A stretch of DNA of 64,000 bases, from the IMG/VR virus record IMGVR_UViG_3300030098_003519, positions 1-64,000 of that record; one strand, given 5' to 3'. This document shows, in pieces, positions 47,640 through 58,600 of this stretch. Origin of the DNA: a virus. A program made the translations under genes and the position numbers. The notes under the pieces are model-generated. The model saw only the letters and a program-made list of their open reading frames with translations, made no database searches and was not told where the DNA came from. Each line of letters starts with the position of its first letter. Position 1 is the stretch's first letter.

Positions 47640-49064
47640 TCAGGGTAACGTAGAAGTATTCTCTGTGTTTCTAGCCAACAATAAGTAATATGTCTCTACA
47701 TTTCCATCAGTATTTTCAATTCTAACTGGTATCTTGTAAGTAAAATCAGTTGGAGCAATTGTACCAGCAGTTACTGATTTGACTCCAGTAAGTGTGTCTG
47801 GAGCATGAGTACCATCAAATCCACTACCAGTAATTACTGGACCATCACTATGATTTCCAAAATATAACTCTCCTATCGATACATGATCTGCTTCTGTTTC
47901 TAATTTATTAGCACCAGTATCTGTCCAAGGATTATTATCTGTTGAGAATGCACGAGTTCCTTCAATAAACATACCAGAACCACTGTCATATGAAGTCACA
48001 ATATTAGCAGCATTCATCTTCTGCTTTGGATCACTCATGCTAATAGTACCTTCAGTCTTAATAAAATCCGAAGAAACAGTATTAGTAGTACCTTTGTACT
48101 TCTTACCTATAAAATATTTTGAGGACTCATTATTATTTTGAATTCCATCTAACTGATCACTGAAAGTACCAGAACCAAAACTAAATCCCTCATCAAATAT
48201 ATCAGGTTCTATAAAGTTAATAAGATTACCTTGTTCTACTGGTTCAAAACGAATAAAATTAAAAGAATTAGGAGATACAGTAGTTGTTAATCCAGTGTAT
48301 CCACTATCACTATTACCAGTTTTAATTTCAACTGGATTAGTTCCTGATTCAGAATAAGACGGAGTAGTAGATATCTTAAATTTTTCTAATCCATCAGAGT
48401 CACAAATATAATACTCTGTCCCTTGAACAAAATTAACATCTGTAATATCAGTAGATCCATCATTTACTTTAATGTTAACATTTCTATCGAAAGTGACTTT
48501 ATCATCATTTGTATAAGTAAAAACATCATTTCCTCTAATCACTAAATTAGATCCAGAAACATTCTGATCTCTTATAGACGTACTAAATCCAGTTCTTACA
48601 GCTGTAAATTCATTTTCATCATCATTTATTGTTGTTAAAGCAAATTCTCCATTAAAAATATCAACACCAACTGAAGTATCTGTTCCTGTTAGATTTCCTT
48701 GACCATCAGTAAATTTTCCAGTTCCAGTAACATTTTGTATTTTAATCAGATCACCTATTCTAAGAAGATAACTTCTATCAACATGTGCAGTTATATTAAC
48801 TCCATCCACAAGACCTGTAGTTCCATATACTTTCGTAGCAATACATCTTAATGAAGTTATGCCAACATTGATATCATCAGCAAAATCAAAATAACCATCA
48901 GTTATGGTATGAAAGGATTTTTTAGATGTATTTTTTAAATTATTTTGAAGTTTATCTAAATCCTCTGCTATACCTGCTCCACCAAGGTTAGCCAAAGCCG
49001 TACGGTCACTAGTAGTTTCCGCTAAATTTAAATCTCTTCTATAACCTTGATTTGGTATTCCCAT
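47640..49064 (-). CDS. Virion structural protein
   Basis: 474 aa; N-terminal GYRRDLNLAE..ALANLGG motif shared with its neighbours. Confidence 0.7.
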   Translation of the reverse strand: MGIPNQGYRRDLNLAETTSDRTALANLGGAGIAEDLDKLQNNLKNTSKKSFHTITDGYFDFADDINVGITSLRCIATKVYGTTGLVDGVNITAHVDRSYLLRIGDLIKIQNVTGTGKFTDGQGNLTGTDTSVGVDIFNGEFALTTINDDENEFTAVRTGFSTSIRDQNVSGSNLVIRGNDVFTYTNDDKVTFDRNVNIKVNDGSTDITDVNFVQGTEYYICDSDGLEKFKISTTPSYSESGTNPVEIKTGNSDSGYTGLTTTVSPNSFNFIRFEPVEQGNLINFIEPDIFDEGFSFGSGTFSDQLDGIQNNNESSKYFIGKKYKGTTNTVSSDFIKTEGTISMSDPKQKMNAANIVTSYDSGSGMFIEGTRAFSTDNNPWTDTGANKLETEADHVSIGELYFGNHSDGPVITGSGFDGTHAPDTLTGVKSVTAGTIAPTDFTYKIPVRIENTDGNVETYYLLLARNTENTSTLP

Positions 49065-49070
49065 TTTTCT

Positions 49071-51701
49071 TTAAGTGAATGTGATTGTCCAGCCCCTCTG
49101 TCTGAGAAGAATTATAATCTCAATTGCTGCTTCACCTGGAGTTGCGTTTCCACGTAAATTGAGAGTTACTCTTCTTCCACCACCATAGGTCTGATAATTT
49201 AAATATAGGTCATCAATAATTGAATTAACTGCTTGTTGTGATAAATCATTATTCGCTAAATCTATATATTTAATTCTACGTAGATCTACAAATGATCCAG
49301 ACGTATAACTACTAAATTTATTATTGAAAAGTATCAAATAATATAAATTACCACATGCAGTAAAATCTGGTATTACTCCACCTATATCATTATTGTGTGC
49401 TTCAAAACGATAAAGACTTCCAAGTCCAGTAAATGTTCCAAGTGATGTAAAATTATTATTATACAAATAAAGATAAGTTAAACTAGTAAGACTTGAAAAA
49501 GATGGAATACCACCACTTAAATTATTATCAGATAAATTTACATAGTAAATACTAGGACTTCCAGAAAAAGTAGGAATACTACCACCAAAATTATTACCCA
49601 TCATTTGTAAATATCTTAAATTTCCATTTCCAGTAAAGTCAGGTAAATTACCACCAGTTGATCCATAAGAATAATAATAAAAAGAATTAAGAGCAGCACA
49701 GTTAACAAATGCATACTGATGTATTGATGATGCTAATAAATTACCAGATCTAATAGTAATAGATGAAAGATTAGTACATAATTCAAATGTATCTTCAGCA
49801 ATTACATTAGTCTCATTTCCATCTGGTTTCCCACCTCTAATACTAGTTTCATATAAATTAAGACTAGTTAAATTAGGATTTGTAAATTTTGGAAATCTAT
49901 CATTCTTAAGATTACTGTAATTAAGATTAATTCTACCTAATGCACCACAACCACCAAATTTATATCCAGACATACTAGTCTTTGCATTAGCATCAGTATC
50001 TGCTCCAGAACCATCTTGAGTAGTAAACAAACTATATGCATTACGACACCAAGTTGCTTCAATAGTAGTTAAGAAATCTTTTCCTATACAATTTGGAAGA
50101 CGCAAATCAGTATTGTGCATATTAATATATTCTATAGCACCACTAGCAATACTGAAAGAATTATCATTCAGATAATGATTGTTATAGAGATATAGATATC
50201 GTAGATTAGGTGCGTCCTTAAAATTATAACTTCCATTAGGAAAATGCTTAGTATTTGATCCATTATCAGTTCTTGAGGGAGCTATGGTTCTGAAATCATT
50301 ATTCCCAAGATGATAATAAGTACATGTACTTGGAACATTAGGTGCATAAGCAGCGTCTACATTATCTGGATAATAGTAACCGCCTCCATTCCTATACAGA
50401 TTCATAGCAGTTAGATTAGGAAATCTTCTTACAATAAGATCCTTTGATGTATAGGTACCACCAGTTTCAGTATATGTACCATTACCTCCTGCACCAGAAC
50501 CATTACCATTTCCAGTAGTTTGTCCTCTTATACTTCCATACCAGGTACCACCCATTTGGAAATTAGTTATAGTAGTAGGGAACTTAGCAATTGTAATTGG
50601 ATTTAAAAATCTTTCTGATTCTGTCTCGCTCAAGTGAAGTGGATTGCGATGAAGATTTATAGAGGTAAGAATCGGTGTTAAGAAATTAAAATCAGGAAGA
50701 TTTTTAATTTGATTATAATATAAATCATAATTTGTTGCACTTGAAAGTTTTATCTCTGGAATATCAGAAATATTTCCCCCCTGAATTTGAACAGATTGAA
50801 TATAATCTGGATCATAATAAAATTGTATAAATCTTTCTCTTGAAACAGGAGATCTAAATGCAATATTGGAAGTTGTACCACCTTTATCAGGAAAATTCAC
50901 ATAACTATTAGAATTTCCAGTTTCTACAACTTTCCAACTTGCTGCTGTACCATTCTTTAAAGTTGTTAATCTAAATTCAGCATTTATGTTTCTAAAAAAT
51001 CCCTTTACACTATAAGGAATCCCCTTCATAGCATACAACCAGACATCTGTAGTACCTAGTTTTACTTTAATTTTATGTGTAGGACTTTCCGAATTAAATT
51101 CTTTTTTCTGTGGAACAATACTAGTTTGTAATCTAGGCCCTAAACAATCATTATAAGTAACACCATCAACAGTCTTTGCACTACCTTGTGTTCCAAAAAT
51201 TAATGTTCCACTTGCTGTTGCTATACCAACTTGTGCTCCATATGAAATACTAGCATGTTGTTGAATACTAAGATCATTATTAGTTGATCTTGCATCAGAA
51301 GAACTCCATGCACTTACTCTTGATGTAGAAATATCTGCAATCTTAAATCTATTACTATCATCAAAATCAATGTAACTATATCGTATTGCCTTTCCACTTA
51401 TCGATCCATTTACATCTAAATTACCAAATAAAATAGAGTTTGTTCCTGCTCTTCTTTCAATTAGACTAACATATAGATCAGTTTCTGCTCTATACCTATC
51501 AGTAGTCTTTACAAGAGGTATAGTCAAACGAGAAAAACTTCTCCAATCACTTGGTAACATACCTTCATTGGCTGACCCACGAATTACTTCCAAGTCAAAA
51601 GGTGCAAGGTTTAATCTTCTTAAGGCTAATGAAGGGTCTGATACATCTGTAAGTGCTGCTTTTATTTCATACCCAAATAGTTTAGGATTTTGTAATGCCA
51701 T
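49071..51701 (-). CDS. Leucine-rich repeat protein
   Basis: 876 aa; C-terminal LRRs such as LRYLQMMGNNFGGSIP, IYYVNLSDNNLSGGIP, LTYLYLYNNNFTS, LYYLILFNNKFS. Late promoter near 51726. Confidence 0.85.
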   Translation of the reverse strand: MALQNPKLFGYEIKAALTDVSDPSLALRRLNLAPFDLEVIRGSANEGMLPSDWRSFSRLTIPLVKTTDRYRAETDLYVSLIERRAGTNSILFGNLDVNGSISGKAIRYSYIDFDDSNRFKIADISTSRVSAWSSSDARSTNNDLSIQQHASISYGAQVGIATASGTLIFGTQGSAKTVDGVTYNDCLGPRLQTSIVPQKKEFNSESPTHKIKVKLGTTDVWLYAMKGIPYSVKGFFRNINAEFRLTTLKNGTAASWKVVETGNSNSYVNFPDKGGTTSNIAFRSPVSRERFIQFYYDPDYIQSVQIQGGNISDIPEIKLSSATNYDLYYNQIKNLPDFNFLTPILTSINLHRNPLHLSETESERFLNPITIAKFPTTITNFQMGGTWYGSIRGQTTGNGNGSGAGGNGTYTETGGTYTSKDLIVRRFPNLTAMNLYRNGGGYYYPDNVDAAYAPNVPSTCTYYHLGNNDFRTIAPSRTDNGSNTKHFPNGSYNFKDAPNLRYLYLYNNHYLNDNSFSIASGAIEYINMHNTDLRLPNCIGKDFLTTIEATWCRNAYSLFTTQDGSGADTDANAKTSMSGYKFGGCGALGRINLNYSNLKNDRFPKFTNPNLTSLNLYETSIRGGKPDGNETNVIAEDTFELCTNLSSITIRSGNLLASSIHQYAFVNCAALNSFYYYSYGSTGGNLPDFTGNGNLRYLQMMGNNFGGSIPTFSGSPSIYYVNLSDNNLSGGIPSFSSLTSLTYLYLYNNNFTSLGTFTGLGSLYRFEAHNNDIGGVIPDFTACGNLYYLILFNNKFSSYTSGSFVDLRRIKYIDLANNDLSQQAVNSIIDDLYLNYQTYGGGRRVTLNLRGNATPGEAAIEIIILLRQRGWTITFT

Positions 51702-51730
51702 ATCAGATTTCTAGGGTATGCGACTATTTA

Positions 51731-54700
51731 TCATTGCTCAGTATAAGTTACAGTTGCTTGAACTTGTCCTGCACTTCCAGCATCAATTTTTTCTGCAACA
51801 AAGAATGTTGCTTCTAAATTTAGATTATCAGGTGTAATTGAATCCCTATCAGGATTGAATATTTTACTCATATCAATATCTTTAGACTTACCAGAACCAA
51901 CATAGAAAGTATCTAGAACTGTACCTGGTCTCAAAGTTTGCTCATCTTGAGTATCATATAGTGCAGATGACAATCTATCTACTTCCTGATAATGTGGGGG
52001 TGCTTCTCCTAACGTACTAGCATTATTATCTGCATTAGTAACCGAGATATTACCTTTAACATAAAGTCTAGGTGTAATTGTTCTTTCAAAATCACCAACA
52101 GTTTCCTTTACTGTGATATTGTTTATAGCAGAATTATCTTTCAAATTACCAGTCAAATATAAAGGCCAAGGATTATAATTATAAAGTTTTGACCTATTAA
52201 CCATATTAGGTGTAGTTCTCATAACAGGTCTTATGAAAATACTAAACTCTCCAGAAACACTAGGAATTTCTTGATCTATTTGAATATAATATACATTTTT
52301 ATTCTCAGTAGTATCAAAATAACTTCTCACTACACCTACAAACCTAGAATTTGTAGCAGTTGGTGTTCCACTCACCTCTACAGCAACTTGTCCACCATCA
52401 AATTCATTAACTATAGCTGGGAATGTAGAACCTGGAGGATTTTTAACAAGATAAAAATCAGAATCACTAATAGTTGGATCTGGATTACCATTAACTTGAC
52501 TTATACCTGGTACTTCAACTGGATCCATAACTTCATATTCTATTTTAGAAGGGTGTCCACTAGAACTGCCTTTAGGTTCAGGTATCCTATCATCAATCTG
52601 CATTCTAAACGTAGAAGTACCACGATCCCAAATGGCTTCATGAGTTTCCACACCATCTTTATTAAATCCTGCATAGTCATGATTATGTTCACCATATAAT
52701 ACATCTTTTTTGGTTAAAATTGTAGTATTTCCAGTACCAACAGTTCCATCAACTTGCGTCCAATTTACTCCACTCCATTCAACCAATACATCAGGAGCAC
52801 TAACTACTGGAGTTTTATCAGTAAGACCAATATAAAAATCACTGTGATGATGTCCTCCATCTTTTGGTAATGGATTTAAGAATTGAATTTCAATTTTTGA
52901 TCCAGTAAATTTAAAATCAGATGCAAACTCATGAACATAATTACTTAAACGAATTGGATATCCATCAAGATTCATTGGCCAACCAAAGGTACCACCAATA
53001 CCAGCACCTGGATCTGCAGTAGGTGTGAATGTTACTATACCAGCAATATGGTCATAAACTTCATTATTTGCAATTGTTCTATTTCCTGTTGCTGCATGAT
53101 AATTAGGGTAACTATATCCACTTGGCCCAAATCCAAGAACAGTAGCACTAGTATATGCGGAATAACCATCCCTCTTTGGTGCTGTAAGATCTTGACTATC
53201 AACAGCAGTAACATACCAATTATAAAGTCCTCCAGCAGTAATTAATTTTGAACCAATATCAGTCTCATAGAAAAGAGTAACTCCAATACCTGAAATACTA
53301 TTATTTCCATCAAATGTAACCTTAATATCTCTTCCTGTAACTGTAGATGCAACTCCTGGAGTATAAGCATGGGCAAATCCAGGCCCAGATTTAACATTAA
53401 CTACCTGAACTTCTGTTAATGAATCAGATGCTATATTAATTTTCTTAGGGATAATTAACTTTCTATTAGGTATTTCTGTTCCATCACTACTTGTTATTAA
53501 AGTCTTTGGTGTTATTCCTATAATTGGTTTTTGAACATTCGTGAATGTAGATTTGATTCCTGAATTTACAGAGTAAACAGTCTGAGTTCCCTCATCTCCA
53601 CCATCAATATAATACGAAGCACCATACTTATAAATGAAAACTGGTTTTTTAATTGCAGCAGTATTGTAAACATCATTAATATATCTAAGACGGAAATAAG
53701 AATCTTCCAAACATGGTTGTCCTAAAGAGTTTTCAATAACAAGAGTATGAACCACTACCCATCTTGCTTCACCAGAATCAACAGGAACATAAGCATAGAA
53801 TCTTGCACCAATAGCACCGTACCAACCAAATTCAATCTTCCACATGGTAACTCGATCAGACTGAAACTGGTATCCAGAAATACCATTACCATCTAATCTA
53901 TCACCGTTCCATTTATCTCTAGGTATATCCAGATTATAAAGCATTCTATCTTCACCATAAGGATCACCGTCTTTAATTTGAGGTTGAATAGTATTATAGA
54001 ATTCACCATCAATTCCTACATTAGTATTCAATGGATTCAAATTACTTCTCGCAATAGCACTATTGTCTAATGGAATAGTACTTCTACGACGAATTGATAT
54101 TTGACCACCATAAACATGGAACATATAAGCATCAGTTGGATTTGAAATACCCCACTCAATAGTATATCCAGAAACTGGTTCATCAGATGACTTTACACCA
54201 AATGTAAATCCACTTATTCTACCTGGTTGATATCTGAATACCCTTCTCGATTGTAATGTAGAATATCTTCTATTATTTTCATCATATCCAGGTCTAGTAG
54301 TTGAAGTTTTATATAAATTTCCAATATTAGTTCCACTTAAAACTTGAATTGCTTCATCATCAAAAGTATTTCCATTAGGATCTAGAAAAGTAGGATCATC
54401 TTTAATTCTTCTCCATGTATCTGTCCAAGTATCAACCTTTTCAAATGCTTCATCAGTTTCTACTAGATACTCAACATCACTACCAATAACAGTAACAAGA
54501 GTAGGATCTAAGAAATTATCTGCCCAAGATTGAGGCCAACCTTGTCCACCTATATTGTTAGCAAAATAAGTATATAAAGCATTTCCAAATCTAATAAAAT
54601 CTATATACAAATCAAATCTCGTTTGATCAAAAAAACCAAGATCTTCAAAATTTGGGCCCCAAGGATAAGAATATGGAACAGGATACGATTCTAAAGTAAT

Positions 54701-55630
54701 CGCAGACTCCATAGTATTCTCATCAACTTTTGCATTATAATGATTTCCATATATTAAATTTGATCTAGTATCCCATTCAGAAAGAGACAATCCACCAGTA
54801 TAAGAATAAGATTCAAATTCACTTTCATCTAAACCATATGAAGATACATTAGAAAATAAACTAAGTTGAGTTTCTGCACGTTCAACACCCAATAGTGTAC
54901 TACTTACTTCACTAGTTTCTTTAAATACTTCAGCAACTTTTATAATATTATTTGCTTTATATTTTGCTTCTTCAGTTCTTCTTATACGAAGTTTAGATAT
55001 TTGTATACCTGTATTAATATCATTAGAAACAATTAATCTACCACGATTAATTCTAGTTACAAAGGTGCCATCAGGAATATTGGAACCAGTTACCTTATCA
55101 CCAAGTTTAACACCAACAACGGATTGAATACCAACTCCATCACCATAATAAATTTTATTAGACTCTCCCCTAGAATCTGAAGCATCTACAGTTTTAACCT
55201 CAACATTACCATCAGATAAAGTACTGATACCAGGATGACCTTCAATCGTTATATTATAATTACTGCGTTGTAGAACTGTTGTTTTTGATATACCTACAAC
55301 CGTTCCAGTTCTTTGTAATACTGGTAGACTTGCAGCACTACCAACATAAACATCTAGATCTACTCCATAAGTAGCCGTATGAATTCCTACAAATGAATGC
55401 TTTTTGTAAGTGTAAACGTCACTAGGTTCACCATCAAAAGTAACTGAAGTAGATCTTTCAGCTGTTGCATCATTCAGAAAGAACTCCTCTTGTTCAGTAA
55501 TCAATGGATTACCAGACTCATCAACTAATGGTTGACCAGTCTGATAGTTGTAAAGATTTTGCTCTCTATTTGTAAACGTAGATATTGGGCGTTTATCATG
55601 CCCAAACTTAATATCCTTACCGCCAGCCAT
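51731..55630 (-). CDS. Large virion structural protein (paralog of 55634-59464)
   Basis: 1299 aa; SRRVFRYQPGRISGFTFG, VTMWKIEFGWYGAIGA, YKYGASYYIDGGD. Confidence 0.8.
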   Translation of the reverse strand: MAGGKDIKFGHDKRPISTFTNREQNLYNYQTGQPLVDESGNPLITEQEEFFLNDATAERSTSVTFDGEPSDVYTYKKHSFVGIHTATYGVDLDVYVGSAASLPVLQRTGTVVGISKTTVLQRSNYNITIEGHPGISTLSDGNVEVKTVDASDSRGESNKIYYGDGVGIQSVVGVKLGDKVTGSNIPDGTFVTRINRGRLIVSNDINTGIQISKLRIRRTEEAKYKANNIIKVAEVFKETSEVSSTLLGVERAETQLSLFSNVSSYGLDESEFESYSYTGGLSLSEWDTRSNLIYGNHYNAKVDENTMESAITLESYPVPYSYPWGPNFEDLGFFDQTRFDLYIDFIRFGNALYTYFANNIGGQGWPQSWADNFLDPTLVTVIGSDVEYLVETDEAFEKVDTWTDTWRRIKDDPTFLDPNGNTFDDEAIQVLSGTNIGNLYKTSTTRPGYDENNRRYSTLQSRRVFRYQPGRISGFTFGVKSSDEPVSGYTIEWGISNPTDAYMFHVYGGQISIRRRSTIPLDNSAIARSNLNPLNTNVGIDGEFYNTIQPQIKDGDPYGEDRMLYNLDIPRDKWNGDRLDGNGISGYQFQSDRVTMWKIEFGWYGAIGARFYAYVPVDSGEARWVVVHTLVIENSLGQPCLEDSYFRLRYINDVYNTAAIKKPVFIYKYGASYYIDGGDEGTQTVYSVNSGIKSTFTNVQKPIIGITPKTLITSSDGTEIPNRKLIIPKKINIASDSLTEVQVVNVKSGPGFAHAYTPGVASTVTGRDIKVTFDGNNSISGIGVTLFYETDIGSKLITAGGLYNWYVTAVDSQDLTAPKRDGYSAYTSATVLGFGPSGYSYPNYHAATGNRTIANNEVYDHIAGIVTFTPTADPGAGIGGTFGWPMNLDGYPIRLSNYVHEFASDFKFTGSKIEIQFLNPLPKDGGHHHSDFYIGLTDKTPVVSAPDVLVEWSGVNWTQVDGTVGTGNTTILTKKDVLYGEHNHDYAGFNKDGVETHEAIWDRGTSTFRMQIDDRIPEPKGSSSGHPSKIEYEVMDPVEVPGISQVNGNPDPTISDSDFYLVKNPPGSTFPAIVNEFDGGQVAVEVSGTPTATNSRFVGVVRSYFDTTENKNVYYIQIDQEIPSVSGEFSIFIRPVMRTTPNMVNRSKLYNYNPWPLYLTGNLKDNSAINNITVKETVGDFERTITPRLYVKGNISVTNADNNASTLGEAPPHYQEVDRLSSALYDTQDEQTLRPGTVLDTFYVGSGKSKDIDMSKIFNPDRDSITPDNLNLEATFFVAEKIDAGSAGQVQATVTYTEQ

Positions 55631-55633
55631 ATA

Positions 55634-58600
55634 TCACTGCTCCTCCCAGGTAAGACTTCCTGAAATCTTAGCAGTTGATAATCCAACATTGTAGTCGTTA
55701 TCTGTAGAAGCACAAAGATATAAACTATCAATCTTGTCAGTCAATGGGAAGGATAAGTATTCTTTATTGTAATCAAAGTAAGTAGCAAGATCATAATTCT
55801 CACCAGATGCAGGAGCATATAGACTCGCAACAATAGTTCCAGTCTTAGGAATAGGTGCTCTTATCTGTGGATTCACTTTAACAGATGACAATTGATCTAA
55901 TGTGAACTTAGATGTTGTAGGAGATGTAATTGTTCCATCCTTTGGAGTTGTCTGGTTCTCATAAAGGAAGTTACCATCTTTAAGTAATACAATATTATCG
56001 TTGGTTGATTCTAATGCTGAGAAATACCAACCATCCTCTTCAATATTCTGCGTTCTAGACATTCCTCTATTCTCTAAAAGACCAAGAACAGAAATCTTCT
56101 TCTTAGCAGCATCAGTTTCATAATAACCCCTGAAGTATCCATAGACACCTTCAGTCTCTTCTCTTCTGATAAATTCTGCATCAGATGGTTTAGTAGCAGT
56201 ACTGTTATGAGCAATATTAGTAGTTACACTAACATAGAATACAGTAGTAGTAAGTCCAGTTGTTCTAACTCTTAATGTTCTACTATAAACTCGGCCACTA
56301 TCCGTAGTTGTTGATCCACTAAAGTCAGTACCACCACCACATGCTGTACCATCCATGATTGGATCAACTGCACGAGGATACTTGTGAGTACTACCGTTAT
56401 TATCAAATGTACATGTGAATGCAAATGCACCTTGTAGAAGTTGGAGAGTATCATTGGCACTAAAACCATGAGAAGTAGAAGTTGTTATCTTCATCAATCC
56501 AGTAGCAGAATCATATGATACTGCACTTGATCCATCAGCAATATTCAAGAATGAACCAGAAGATTTTCTAACTGCAGCAGTCTTAGTAGTAGCAGACTCA
56601 ACATAAGTATGTGCTCCACTATAAGTAGATAGATTTAAAGCAATCTTAGTGGGTTTACCTCTCTTACCGATGTTCCAGTTACCATCACTTGTAGCTGGAT
56701 TTTCTTGCAATATTGGTGAAGTACCAGTATTAGCAGTTATAACATCTGTCTGGAAGATAGGAGACTTAATCATATCCACCTTAAGAAGAGCATCAGATCC
56801 AGTAGAAAGTCTTGTTGGATATACCTGAGTTCTGTTTCTTACATCCTGACCAGTACTACTTTGAATAAAGTCTTTACACTCTAATCCAATGAGTGGTGTT
56901 ACACGATTTGTAATAATTTTTATACTTCCTTTGGCAGCACCAGTTGCACTCAATGGAGCACTTAGATATACCTGTTTAGTAGATGGTTCAACATAGGTAA
57001 TCTCAATATTTTGATCTAACGATTCACCAGTAATCACTTTTGAACCAACATAGTACGATGTTGCAAGTCCAGAAATTATACTATTCTGATCAGCAAGTAA
57101 ATATGGATCAGTAGCATTCGTAGCATTACCTACAGTAATACTTGTTCCTGCACCAGTTGCAAAGGTTCTAGCAGATCCATAAACTTCTACAGGTGTTGGA
57201 GTTCCATGACTGAATAGTTTAACAGTACCACGGTCACCACCATCAATGTAGTATGAAGCACCATACTTGATTATATTCTCTGAGTGTGATGCATAATCTG
57301 CCTGTTGACTTCTTAGAGTATCACTATATCCAAAAGAATTGCTACTTCCTCCACCATAAACCATGTATGTAATAGGTAAAGTCGCATTACCCAGTGAGGA
57401 GACCTTCAGTTGGTTAGATGCTCTCAAATGGTGTACACGCACCCAACGTGCTTCTCCAGCACTCACAGGGACATACGCAAGGAATAGAGCACCAACAGCA
57501 CCATACCATGAGAATTCAATCTTGTACATGGTAACCTTGTCAAAGGCAAGATCCCAAATACTAGTATCTTCTGTTTGAGCACCAGTTGCAGTAAGGACAG
57601 GACTACCAGCTCTCTTATCTGCTACAGAATCACTATAAAGTAGAGTGTCTGTTGCACCATCTAATCTATCTCCACTAAATCTTGAACGTGGAACACGATA
57701 CTCATATACTGTATGATATGGAAGAGCAACGTTTTGTTGTACCCAATTATCATAGAAACTATTAACATCATCTATCTGACTCTTCAGTGTAGCAGTACTA
57801 GTTAAAGTTGTGTCAATATAACCAACAGTTGTACTTGAGTCAGTTGGTTTTGCATACTTGTATGGGAACATACCAGAATGCTTTGTATTATTCTGGTGAT
57901 ATGCTTTAGTATCACTATTAATTAAACTTCCAGTTACTGGTTGCACAAATGGTACAGGAGTAACTAAAACATGACTCGATATACCAACATTATGATCGGA
58001 ACTAAGAGAAACATCTGACTCAGTAGCATCCAAATTCTTAAGTGTTACTACTGTTGCAAACTGATCAACACCATCCACATTACTTGTAGTTACACCACTA
58101 ATTGTTTTAATCTTATAGATCTTATTATCAGTAAATCCACCACTAAGAGCAGCATCATTAGTTCCTTTATCGTATCTAACATACTGATTAGCAGCAAGAG
58201 GAGTTACCCAACCTCCAGAATGATAAAAAGTAGGAACAGTTGAAACACCAACATTTAAAGTAAATGATGTTGTACTATTAACCTGTACAATATTAAATCC
58301 AGTATTTCTACCAGCATTCGTATACAAATCTGGGTAGAATTTAATTCCACCAGGCCCTGCTTTAGGGTTAGCATCACCAGGAGTAGCATAACTGAATTGG
58401 CAAGTCATACCAATACCAGCAACGGTAAGATACTTACCAAGTTTAAATCCATGCGGTTCATGAGTCGTAATGACCATCAAACCAGTATCTTTATTATAAG
58501 TTGCGTTACTTACACTTCTTGCAATACCTACAAGAGATACTTTGTTACCACTAGCAGTAACAGAAGTAATTCCAGTCTTATGTGGATCCTGTAGAAGTGA

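Noticed and set aside
44956-47640. Plus-strand 850-aa gene as an invertible segment
   Set aside because: No flanking inverted repeats found. It has a correctly oriented late promoter and a bidirectional terminator, consistent with a fixed arrangement.
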